A stretch of 63,001 nt of DNA, filler included, from Octopus bimaculoides (Eukaryota): assembly GCF_001194135.2 (NCBI RefSeq). It is 6 parts of 5 records of this genome, joined end to end, with 100 filler letters (N's around TTAATTAATTAA, not from the genome) between each part and the next. Parts side by side here need not be neighbours in the genome. Positions count along the whole stretch, not along the records: positions 16,326 to 45,762 come from NC_069005.1; 5 more parts are not named here. One strand, 5' to 3'. The position numbers and the translations under genes are program-made. A model generated the notes under the pieces. It did not search any database. It saw only the letters and a list, made by a program, of their open reading frames with translations, and was not told the origin of the DNA. Below are positions 27,200 through 39,212 of this stretch, in pieces. Each line of letters opens with the position of its first letter. Positions within the stretch are counted from its first letter, which is position 1.

Positions 27200-27254
27200 T
27201 ACACATATATATACATATATATATACATATATAGTTATATACATATATACATAC

Positions 27255-27327
<73 letters not shown>

Positions 27328-27569
27328 TACACACATATATATATACAATATACATTTACATATATACATACACATACATATACATATATACATATATACA
27401 TACATACATGCACATATATACATATATACATATACATACAAATATATATATACATATACATACATATATATATATACATATACATACAAATACATATATA
27501 CATATATATACATATACATGTATATACATAGATACATACATATACATATATATATACGTACATATACAA

Positions 27570-27650
<81 letters not shown>

Positions 27651-27734
27651 ATATACATATATATATATATACACATATAGTATATATATACATATATACG
27701 CATACATATATATATATATATTTATATATATATA

Positions 27735-27798
<64 letters not shown>

Positions 27799-27816
27799 CA
27801 TATATGCACATGCATA

Positions 27817-27853
<37 letters not shown>

Positions 27854-28063
27854 TATATATATATATTTCCATGTGAGTTAGAGGTTGAGAAACCAACTAA
27901 GGGATAGTACCTTATATGTTTTCACACCATCCACTCATACATGTCTGCATATTCATCCAATATATTTGTATAAATAGATGCACACACACATATATATATA
28001 CATACATGAAATGTTTACAGGCTGATGTCTATCGATTTTATACCCTTTCCGTTTTCTTATTTG

Positions 28064-28112
<49 letters not shown>

Positions 28113-28255
28113 CATATATATATATATACATACATGCACACATATATATACACACACATATACATATATGCATATATATATATAGGTGTGTGAGTGTATA
28201 TATGTACACATATATGTGTGTGTGTGTGTGTATATATCATCATCATCATCATCAT
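27200..28255. repeat. Roughly 1-kb compound (TA)n/(TACA)n/(CA)n microsatellite tract
   Basis: Directly visible; source of the spurious YI/YT-repeat ORFs. Confidence 0.95.
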
Positions 28256-28748
28256 CATCATCGTTTAATGTCCGCTTTCCATGCTAGCATGGGTTGGACG
28301 ATTTGACTGAGGGACTGGTGCAACCGGATGGCTACACCATGCTCCAATCTAATTTGGCATAGTTTCTACAGCTGGATGCCCTTCCTAACGCCAACCACTC
28401 AGAGAGTGTCGTGGGTGCTTTTACGTGTTACCCGCACGAAAACAGCCAGGCTCGAAATGGTGTCTTTTATGTGCCTCCCGCACAAGAGCCAGTCCAGGGG
28501 CACTGGCAACGATCTCGCTCGAAAACCCTACAAGGCCAGTCAGGCGGTACTGGCAACGGTCACGCTCAGGATGGTACATCTTATGTGCCACCCGCACAAG
28601 AGCCAGTCCAGGGGCACTGGCAACGATCTCACTTGGCTTGCCGGGTCTTCTCACGCACAGTACATTTCCAAAGGTCTCGGTCAGTAGTCATCGCCTCGGT
28701 GAGGCCCAATGTTCGAAGGTCTTGCCTCACCACCTCAACCCAGGTCTT
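28255..28748 (-). mobile_element. RTE 3' UTR copy in opposite orientation, truncated by a gap; a near-identical shorter copy lies at 29590-29760
   Basis: Reverse complement aligns to 27050-27190 (GAGTGGTTGGC.TTAGGA.GGGCATCCAGCTGTAGAAAC); (GAT)n tail. Confidence 0.85.
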
Positions 28749-30753
28749 NNNNNNNNNNNNNNNNNNNNNNNNNNNNNNNNNNNNNNNNNNNNNNNNNNNN
28801 NNNNNNNNNNNNNNNNNNNNNNNNNNNNNNNNNNNNNNNNNNNNNNNNNNNNNNNNNNNNNNNNNNNNNNNNNNNNNNNNNNNNNNNNNNNNNNNNNNNN
28901 NNNNNNNNNNNNNNNNNNNNNNNNNNNNNNNNNNNNNNNNNNNNNNNNNNNNNNNNNNNNNNNNNNNNNNNNNNNNNNNNNNNNNNNNNNNNNNNNNNNN
29001 NNNNNNNNNNNNNNNNNNNNNNNNNNNNNNNNNNNNNNNNNNNNNNNNNNNNNNNNNNNNNNNNNNNNNNNNNNNNNNNNNNNNNNNNNNNNNNNNNNNN
29101 NNNNNNNNNNNNNNNNNNNNNNNNNNNNNNNNNNNNNNNNNNNNNNNNNNNNNNNNNNNNNNNNNNNNNNNNNNNNNNNNNNNNNNNNNNNNNNNNNNNN
29201 NNNNNNNNNNNNNNNNNNNNNNNNNNNNNNNNNNNNNNNNNNNNNNNNNNNNNNNNNNNNNNNNNNNNNNNNNNNNNNNNNNNNNNNNNNNNNNNNNNNN
29301 NNNNNNNNNNNNNNNNNNNNNNNNNNNNNNNNNNNNNNNNNNNNNNNNNNNNNNNNNNNNNNNNNNNNNNNNNNNNNNNNNNNNNNNNNNNNNNNNNNNN
29401 NNNNNNNNNNNNNNNNNNNNNNNNNNNNNNNNNNNNNNNNNNNNNNNNNNNNNNNNNNNNNNNNNNNNNNNNNNNNNNNNNNNNNNNNNNNNNNNNNNNN
29501 NNNNNNNNNNNNNNNNNNNNNNNNNNNNNNNNNNNNNNNNNNNTATATATATATAAATATGTATATGTATATATATATATGTGTGTGTATATCATCATCA
29601 TCATCATCATCATCGTTTAACGTCCGCTTTCCATGCTAGCATGGGTTGGACGATTTGACTGAGGACTGGTGAAACCGGATGGCAACACCAGGCTCCAATC
29701 TAATTTGGCAGAGTTTCTACAGCTGGATGCCCTTCCTAACGCCAACCACTCAGAGAGTGTATATATATTATATAAATATATATATATATATGTATGTATT
29801 TTTGTATGTGTATATATAAGTATTTATTCATAAATATGGCAGAAGAAATTCAAATACATGGCTAGCATAAATATTTATTAATTAGTGAAATGATAATCAG
29901 CAAAAATCAGAGTCTGATTCCTTCCCTTGTTCAGGAGAGTTGATGTTGCCACTACCATTATTTAACCCCAGGGAAACTGATCAAGTGGATCTAACATTAA
30001 TGACATTCAAGCCAAGGCCATAATGTCTTTTTTTCAGAGAGTGTATCTAGTATTATATTATTTGAGGGATTTAGCTGTTCTTTCTAGCATGCCTAGTTCA
30101 TTCACACCCTCTCCTTTGAATATCAATAGCTACATAGATCCTTTACAGCACAAAGCTGTTCTGCCACACCTCTGATAGTTTGATCCTCTCCTCTCAGATT
30201 TCATAGTCTTGTGAGCTGCATGGCAACACCACTAATGCCAGAGGCACAAAAGAAAAGACAAAAGCACCCAGTGCATTGGAAAGTGTTGAGTATTAGGAAA
30301 GGCATCTAGGCCGAAGCAGACAATGAAGAAGAATGCAGTCCTTGAACACATCACATCCTGTGAAACTATCCTATCCAAAACCAGCATGGAACATGGACAT
30401 TAATTGACAATGATGATGATGTTAATAGATGCAGTCATGGGTTTAGACAAGTGTCTTCTGATGTAATGTCAGGCTGACCAATACCATGTGAAATTTGGTA
30501 AATGGAAACTATAAAGAAGCCCATTGAGTGTGTATAATTACAGAGCTACTTAGATTGTTAAAATACGTAAATGTAAACAAAGATTATAAGCTAAAAAAGG
30601 ACACAAAGATACAAAGTTAAATAAGTAAAGCATGTGGTGAAAAAAAAAACAGAAATACAAAAAAAAAAAGCAACAAAGAGAGAATGTGTATGAAGAAAAT
30701 AAATATGTCAAAGAAAGGAAGAGAAGAGGATTTGAAAAAAGAATGAAACAAAC

Positions 30754-30954
30754 CTCATCCATCTCTCCATTGATAAAAACGTAATCGCCTGAATTAAGGG
30801 CCAGTTCTGTTTCAGGGTTTTCGTTAGGTGAGAATTGGAAAGGATCATAGTTATACTTGGCAATGTACACCTGGACCTGTCCTGATCCAACCATTGCAGG
30901 TAAACGGCTGTCTGCTAGCAGACGTCCAGGTGGTTTACTCATGTTGTGAGGCGT
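30754..30954 (-). CDS. RIMBP2: Internal coding exon of a RIM-binding protein (RIMBP2/Drosophila Rbp-like), N-terminal half of SH3 domain 1
   Basis: Acceptor ttttattgcAG|ACG and donor GATGAG|GTTTGT bound 201 nt (phase 0/0) reading TPHNMSKPPGRLLADSRLPAMVGSGQVQVYIAKYNYDPFQFSPNENPETELALNSGDYVFINGEMDE. The YNYDPF..SPNENPE.EL....GDY....GEMDE pattern matches the RIM-BP first SH3 as I recall it (YSYNPF.GPNENPEAELPL.AG.Y.YVYGDMDEDGF). Ortholog name is by recall, not by search. Confidence 0.9.
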
Positions 30955-32174
30955 CTGCAATAAAATATATAAAATGAATGTAGAAATGGATAACTGTAAG
31001 ATGCATAAATTAAATAACAATTAGCAAAAAAGGGAATCATTTCTGAAACACAATACAAAATAAAAATAAACTCATGTTGTTGTTATTGTTATACTTGGGG
31101 GATGGTTATGTTTTGCCAATTAAACACATGCACAATATATTTGGTCTCGATTTCAGCTTTATTATTATTATTATTTTTATTATTATTATTATTATATTTT
31201 ATCTTCTTTGTCAAAGCGCTTTCATCACACATCTTGTGTCCTCATCAGTGACTCTCTTTCCCATGTTTCTCTTCTTGTTCTGCTTATTCCATGTTGTCTT
31301 TCTGTGATGTGTATCCCTATCTGCACATGAATTTGTGTGTCTGTGTGTATGTGTGCGTGCACATGTCCATGTGTTTAGTATGTGTGTTTTGTGTGAGTTT
31401 GCTTACTACTCTGTTTGTACGCGAGTCTTATATTAATATTTTATTTGTCTATTTTTATTTTTATTTCTTTCTGATTCCATCTGTGGTATGTGTATGTGTG
31501 TCATGAGTGTGTGTGTTTTTATGGGTTTAGGTATTATACTGTTTGTATCTGCACCTTTTTCTATTCTGTCTTTAGTAGTCAGATTGTGCAGTGTGTGGGT
31601 GGGAGGGGTGTTATTATTTATTCCATTTAATTGTTTAGCATTTAAACCAGCAATATCTGGCCAAAATATTCTCCCAGTTTTCTGTTCAAACTGGCCAAAT
31701 CCAGCCTTTCACACCCACCCTACAATATCATTCTAAAAATCTAGTCTCAACATTAAAATCTTGAAGCTATGAGATAATGTATGATTAATTCAAAACAATG
31801 AATAAACGAGTATTACATTTGACAGAATAATGTGAATGCTAACGGATGAGGTTAACCTTCAAACTGACCCTAATTAAACAGACTAACCAAGACCATTCAA
31901 ATGTTTTCTTCCAAATGTGATGTACTCTTTGAACCACAGATCCATTGTGTTCTCCCATTATCAAAACCTGAGGAATTGCAGCAGTAATAAGACTGTATAT
32001 TTTTTCACTCTTCGTAGGACACAATACTATAGTATTACGAAATAACACAGAAGTGAATCTAACAATATATCTGTCTTGTTATAAGTCCATGTTATGAAGT
32101 GGCATATACAATGAGTTCAAAGGAGGACATAGCAGTATCAGTGAAACATTTGAAGCTCATGATGGACGTTCTTA

Positions 32175-33130
32175 GTATGGAAGACCTATTAGCTTCCATG
32201 GTTCAGTTGCAATGACAACTACAGCAACAACAAGAACAACAGAAACAGCACAAACAGGTACAACAGCAACTACAACAACAACAAAATCAACAATTGTTGG
32301 AATTATTGTCGCAGTCAAAAAACTTCAGGCTCGTTTTCGGCAGACGCGGCTGCTAATTCAATTGAAGAATTCATGTATAACCCGGAAGAAGGGATTACAT
32401 TTTCTGCATACTTCAGAAGGTATGAAGGAATCTTCAAGGAAGAGTGTAAAAGCTGGATGAACGAAAAGGTACACCTTCTTTTAAGGAAATTATCACCAGC
32501 AGAACATGAAAAGTTTTGTAATTACATCTTGCCAAGAAAACCATCCGAAATTTGTTCGGAGGAAACAAGCTATTATCTAAAATATTCAGTGAAAGTTCAC
32601 TATTTAATATTCGCTGGGAGTGTTTGAATTTAAAAAAAAAAGAAATGGAAGATTTCATCATGTATGCCAGAATTGTAAATAGAGAATGTGAAAAATTCAA
32701 ACTCAACGAATTAAGCCCGAACATGTTTAATGTTTAATCTTCATACAAGGATTAACGGCAAGTAAAGATGCAGAGATAAGGGCTTGAATATTAACAAAGC
32801 TTGAACAAGATTCAGAACTAACTCTACAAATAGTGGCTGAAGAATGTCAAAGAATTATAAATATACAATAGGACACAGCAAAAATTGAAAAAGATTATTC
32901 AAATATACAGATGTGTCAACCGGTAACAGATATGAAAAAAGAAAAACAACAGTCAAAATCCAAACCATGTTATGGATGTGGGTTAATTGGACACAAGAAT
33001 TCATATTGTTGGGTGAAACAAAAAAGGTCGAATGCAAAAAACTTGAGAAAAAAAGTATTGTCAACAAAAATGCAAAGCAAAGCACAAAAACGAAAATTTG
33101 TTTCTATAAAAATAAATAATGTGAATACGA
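32175..33130 (+). mobile_element. Gypsy-type LTR retrotransposon gag remnant with CCHC-like zinc knuckle
   Basis: FMYNPEEGITFSAYFRRYEGIF..LLLRKLSPAEHEKFCNYILPRKP / SLFNIRWECLNL / LIFIQGL..KLEQDSELTLQ / CYGCG..GHKNSYC, broken by frameshifts. Confidence 0.8.
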
Positions 33131-33139
33131 GACTAGGTT

Positions 33140-34290
33140 ACCCCACTGGCAGTTGATGGAGTCTATTTTCTGCACATTTTTGGTGTTTAATGTACCTGTG
33201 CATCTTCCACACACAAAATCTATTTTCCCTGTTAACTTTCCTTTGATATTGCTGCATTTCTTGTGTATCCAAACCTTGCACCAAGTACAGCTTATGGAGT
33301 TTCTACCTATGACTTTTCTACAGATTAAGCAGAGCCATCTACATGAAGTGGTTTGTGAATTGTCTGCCTTCCTACTTACTAAAATTTGATTTTTCTAGGT
33401 TAACTCTAAGGCCCTTTGATCCTAGACCTTGCTTCCATACCTGAAACTTATCTAGTTCTGGAAGTGATTCAGCCACAAGAACAAGGTCATCAGCATAGAG
33501 GAGCTCTCAGGGGAAGCCTGTCTTGAATTCCTCTGTTATTGCCTGGAGGACTGTGATGAAGAGGGGCTGAGGAATGATCCTTGGGGGACCCCAACTTGTA
33601 CCCTGAATTCTTCACTCTACTCATTGCCAACCATCACCTTACTGGTAGCATCCCTGTGCATGGCTTATACAACTCTCACCAACCACTCATCTATCCCTAG
33701 TTTCTGCATTGACCACAAGAAAAGGGATTGGGGAACCCTGTTAAGGGCTCTCCCCAAGTCAACAAAAGCTAAATACAAAGGTTTATCCTTGGCTAGGTAT
33801 TTCTCCTGAAGCTGCCTTACCAGAAATATAGCATCAGTGGTGCTTTTCCCTGGCACAAAACCAAACTGCATCTCATCTAAACTAACTCTCTCCCTAATTA
33901 GTTGGATTATGACCCTCTCCGTGACTTTCATTACCTGATCTAACAATTTGATACCTCTGTAATTATTTCTATCTCAGGCATCACCTTTACCTTTGTAGCA
34001 GTTGACCATGGTGCTGCTACACCAGTCATTGGGTATGATTCCTTTGTGAACCACCTAATTTACAATATGGATGACTAGACCATAACCCACATTGCCAGAT
34101 ATTTTAAGTATCTCAGTGGTGATTCCTGATGGGCTGGGAGATTTTCCTGTCTTCATATTCTTAACTGCTTTATATACCAAAGTACTGTTAATTCAGATAG
34201 CTGGTTCCTCAACTGGGTCAACATTTAGCAGACTCTCCTCATCCCATTCATTCTCCATGTTCAGCAGTCTTTCATAATGGCATTTCCAAG
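33140..34290 (-). mobile_element. RTE LINE reverse transcriptase fragment (decayed)
   Basis: LDEMQFGFVPGKSTTDAIFLVRQLQEKYLAKDKPLYLAFVDL..VP..LGIDEWLVRVV, then VGVPQGS and a YADD-region remnant. Confidence 0.92.
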
Positions 34291-34544
34291 CCTCTTTCTT
34301 TGCAGATACATATATATATTTATGTATATTTGTACATAGTTATATATTTATGTGTGTGTGTGTGTGTATATGTGTATATTTATGTGTGTATAGATATATA
34401 TTTATGTGTATATATATATATATATACATGTATATATATATATGTGTGTGTGTGTGTATATATATATATACATATGTGTGTGTGCGTGTGTGTGCTCGTG
34501 TGTGTGTATATATACATATATAAACATGTATATATGTATATTTC

Positions 34545-34575
<31 letters not shown>

Positions 34576-34591
34576 GCGTGTGTGTTATATA

Positions 34592-35639
34592 CAGGGTGCG
34601 TAAGGTATTTGAGGACATACCTTTTTTTGGGGTCATTGATGTATTTTTTATTAACTCTGTATAATCTTTGTTTGAGAAAATAACAATGGCAGACTCTCAG
34701 CTTACTCAAGAAATGAAGAGGCATGCTGTTATTGTGGTTATAAAGGCTGAGCATAGCGATTTAGATATATCTTGATTTTTAAAAGTTGCCAGATCTTTCA
34801 TCTACAAAGTTTGTAAGGAGCTAGGGACTGAAGATGTAAACGTATTACCAGTATCAAAACATAAAAAGCATTCTAAACACTCTAAAATCATCAGAACACC
34901 TGAATTTATTCAGCAAGTTCAACAGACTATTGATTACAATCCCAGAAAGTCCATGAGGTCAACTGCAAAAGATTTCCATGTGTCAGAAGGAACAGTCAGA
35001 AATGTTGTCCATGAAGACATCAGATATAGGTCTTATATGATGAGGAAAGGTCAATTTGTCAGAAAAATGCAAAAGAAAATCACTACATTACATCAGATCT
35101 TTAGATCTGAAAAATCCAGCAGAAGAAGATTTGATTTGGTTTTTCTCCAAGAAAAACTTTGACCAAGATCAGAAAGTTAACAGAAGAAATGACAAATAGT
35201 TATGTACAGACCCTTCTGAAGTTCCAAGTGTTATGCATACAAAATTTCCTGCAAATGTCATGGTTTTAGGGGTTGTCAGCAATGAAAGACATGTGATGCC
35301 TCCTTACTTCTTTCCACCAGGCCTTAGAGTTTAACTCTGCCACCTACATTGAGGTTTTCGAAACGATTGTTAAGCCCTGGAAGGTCATATGTGTTTGAAA
35401 GCTATCATAGTCAGAGTAATGTCCAAAATGAACCTGGACCATTTGATTCGAGCATGTAGATTTAGATCTCATATAGAAGCAGTTGTTGAAGCTGACGGTG
35501 GCTTTATTGAATAACATTATAGAAAAGAAACTTTATTTTTATCCTCATAGGATTTTTTGATAAATAAAGTTATTATCTGTTATTATATATCTATTTTTCT
35601 ATAAACATAAATTTGTCTTCAAATATCTTACACACCCTG
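34592..35639 (+). mobile_element. 1048-bp maT-like Tc1/mariner element with both TIRs and TA target duplication; transposase dead
   Basis: Left CAGGGTGCGTAAGGTATTTGAGGACAT versus right (rc) CAGGGTGTGTAAGATATTTGAAGACAA, flanked by TA. Internal MRSTAKDFHVSEGTVRNVVHEDIRYRSY and KFPANVMVLGVVSNE..VMPPYFF. Confidence 0.9.
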
Positions 35640-35685
35640 TATGTATATGTATATACATATATATATTTATGTATATGTATATTTC

Positions 35686-35720
<35 letters not shown>

Positions 35721-35752
35721 TTCTATATATGTGTGTGTGTGTATGTATGATG

Positions 35753-35788
<36 letters not shown>

Positions 35789-35803
35789 GTGTGTGTATAT
35801 ATA

Positions 35804-36602
35804 CTGGCTCATCCCATAAATTATGTGGGTTTTTTCAATTGAATGGACTAAAAGTGGGAGGGGGATGGCATAAACTATCTGCATCAACTTGCTATAAAAG
35901 CAGGTAGTAATTTTACCATGTCTTATTCTTAGTGCAAGTTTTGAAGAGTGCAGTTCGATTTTAACAGTTATTTTTACAAAGCTATAATGGAAGTGACAAA
36001 AAGTATATTTGGCATATTCTCCTTTATGAGTTCAATAAAAACAACAATGCAATGGAAAGTGTGAGGAATATATGGGGATCGGACAATAAGCGTAAGTCAG
36101 TGTCAACTGTGGTTCCAGAAATACCGAGCTGAAAACTACAGCCTAGAAGACAAGCCTTGTCCTGGAAGATCTGTAGAGCTTGACGGGATGTCCTGCAAAA
36201 CCTCATGGAACAAAATCCCATTGTAACGGTGGAGGAACTAGCAGAGAAGCTTGGATTTGGTCATTCGATCATTCATCAACACCAGTACTAGAAGAAAAAC
36301 TGCTTGGTTACATACAGCAAGGATGACATTTCAAAGGCAGTAGCAGTTTGAATGGGAAATGATGCCCCACCCACCATATTTGCTGTACATTGCCCCATCT
36401 AATTATCATTTATTCAGCAGTCTTCAAAATCATTTGAATGGAAAAAATATGATTTCTGCAGATGAGATCGAGTCTACCAGATAGCTGGAAGAGCATTGTA
36501 GAAAATGAAGGTGAGTATATTTTAGATTAAAAAAGAACTTTGTTTATCTTATTTTTGAAAAATAAAAGCCATATAAAAAACCCACATGATGGGACAAGAA
36601 TA
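35804..36602 (+). mobile_element. Mariner transposon, internally deleted
   Basis: HILLYEFNK..LMEQNPIVTVEELAEKLGFGH and MMPHPPY..IAPSNYHLF. Imperfect TIRs share CCCAT..ATGTGGGTTTTTT. Confidence 0.85.
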
Positions 36603-36879
36603 TTAACCTATTGAGACTTAAATCTAATTAAACATTGCACAATGGATAATTCACAATACTAAAAGCTAAAATGTTTCAAATTGCAGGCACTCTTCCAAAT
36701 CAATTATCCAATATGTTTAGTTCTATAAATTTTCAAAAAAGTGGAACAGAATTTATGATTACATGAGGGAATCACATCAGAGAATTTATTAATGTGTTTG
36801 AACTATATGATCTAACGATGATATGTGATTCCCTTATACATAACCAGCATCTATTCAAACTAGCACTATAAGGGTGGAG

Positions 36880-37765
36880 GGAGCTGTGTAATTATGGACC
36901 AGGATAAAATATAATCAGTGTTGCTATCTCTTACGTAGTGTATATATGAGGCAAGAGCCGTTGAGGTTTTATACTTAGCTTTAGAAAAGGAATTTACATG
37001 GGCTCTGTATCTTCTCTACAGTGCTTCCTATATATATCTTAGTTTTTTGGTTATCTATTTTACTGTACATTTACATACCATATTCTTCCTAAGACATGAA
37101 CTGGCAAGTGGACATCATTCAGGGATTCTACAGCTACATGTTCTTTTAAAAACTGTTCTATCATTTCTATTAGTCTTTTTGTTTTTTTTCTATTTTAGGG
37201 TGGGGTGCAGTTGGGGGGATTATCAGGATCTGTAACTACCAAAGGTTGACATGGATTAACATTATTAAACTTAGATTTACTTAAATTTATTATTCTAGAT
37301 TTGTTATTATTACCTGGGCGAACATTAGGTACATTATTAGTGTTAGAATCTTTATTCGATTGACATTTTATTTTACTTCTACTTATGTAAGCTATAATAG
37401 ATCCTAGATTAGGAATTGCAGAGTAAGAGAATTTTATTGAAGATTTATCACAAATTGAATAATACTTGTGGTGCTTTGGAAGATTAGCTTTCAAGATTTT
37501 GAAAAAAACTTAAGTGAGGTTTTAACTCTAAGAGAAAAAGGTGGGACAAACCAAATTATTTTGTGTTTTCTACAATTGGATTGTTTAATCATGTTAGACT
37601 TTCCAGGATTAAAATGCTTATACTTACTATATTTTTTATATTTATTACTAGGTTGTATTCCACTAGGTATGGTGTGATTATCAAACGGCTTATTTATACC
37701 TATGTTTATCAATACAGGGTTTGCACTAATAGTTTTAGAGATATTTGCTAATTTTTTTTAAAGTT
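36880..37765 (-). mobile_element. Penelope-like element C-terminal RT thumb and probable GIY-YIG region remnant
   Basis: RKHKIIWFVPPFSLRVKT, LPKHHKYYSICDKSSIKFSYSAIPNLGSII, followed by a Cys-containing segment and IYLGS-like motif. Confidence 0.7.
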
Positions 37766-38666
37766 TAGTGTTAGGTATATACATACATATATATTTAGGT
37801 GTATGTATATACATATATTTGTGTGTGTATATATACATATATCTGTGTATATATAAATATATTTATGTGCATATCTATATATGTATACTTATGTGTATAT
37901 ATACATATATCTGTGTATATATAAATATATTTATGTGCATATCTATATATGTATACTTAGATATATATNNNNNNNNNNNNNNNNNNNNNNNNNNNNNNNN
38001 NNNNNNNNNNNNNNNNNNNNNNNNNNNNNNNNNNNNNNNNNNNNNNNNNNNNNNNNNNNNNNNNNNNNNNNNNNNNNNNNNNNNNNNNNNNNNNNNNNNN
38101 NNNNNNNNNNNNNNNNNNNNNNNNNNNNNNNNNNNNNNNNNNNNNNNNNNNNNNNNNNNNNNNNNNNNNNNNNNNNNNNNNNNNNNNNNNNNNNNNNNNN
38201 NNNNNNNNNNNNNNNNNNNNNNNNNNNNNNNNNNNNNNNNNNNNNNNNNNNNNNNNNNNNNNNNNNNNNNNNNNNNNNNNNNNNNNNNNNNNNNNNNNNN
38301 NNNNNNNNNNNNNNNNNNNNNNNNNNNNNNNNNNNNNNNNNNNNNNNNNNNNNNNNNNNNNNNNNNNNNNNNNNNNNNNNNNNNNNNNNNNNNNNNNNNN
38401 NNNNNNNNNNNNNNNNNNNNNNNNNNNNNNNNNNNNNNNNNNNNNNNNNNNNNNNNNNNNNNNNNNNNNNNNNNNNNNNNNNNCACACACACACACATAT
38501 ATATACGACAGGCTTCTTTCAGTTTCTGTCTACCAAATCCACTCACAAGGCTTTGGTCGGCCCGAGGCTATAGTAAAAGACACGTGCCCAAGGTGCCATG
38601 CAGTGGGACTGAACCTGGAACCATGTGGTTGGTAAGCAAGCTACTTACCACACAACCACTCCTGTA

Positions 38667-38709
<43 letters not shown>

Positions 38710-39170
38710 AATGGATGACTAATCAATAAACTTTTGAGTGTCATACTGAATCATGCTAATTATTAACATAATGAAAGTCAATCAACACTTCATAACCTGA
38801 ATGTAATGCTGTTCAGCAGACATACACACACATATGCATACACACACATATGCATGCACACAATTGTAATGAGCTCACTGAATAGATGAAATAATAAAGT
38901 GATATAGATGGAGTATATCTAATTGCCTGCATACAAATGTATGAGTGGATGTGCATGGGTGTATGTATGTGTTTGTATGTATGTATATGCATGTAAGTGT
39001 ACATGTAATCTAAGAATCCATAAGTCAGAAAAAATAGTCACTTGTATATTTATCAATAGAGTGAGTATATTAATCAGAGTATACTGTAATGGATCTATAA
39101 TATTGTATGTTTTGATTAATATATAAGTATTGTGTGTGTGTATTATATATATACTCTTATATATATACAT

Positions 39171-39212
<42 letters not shown>

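Noticed and set aside
30550-30753. Hydrophobic 68-aa read-through tail after the SH3 exon (ORF 30550-31020), suggesting a membrane-anchored isoform
   Set aside because: The minus strand here is a U-rich intron start that lacks stops for compositional reasons; a good donor at 30753 explains the boundary
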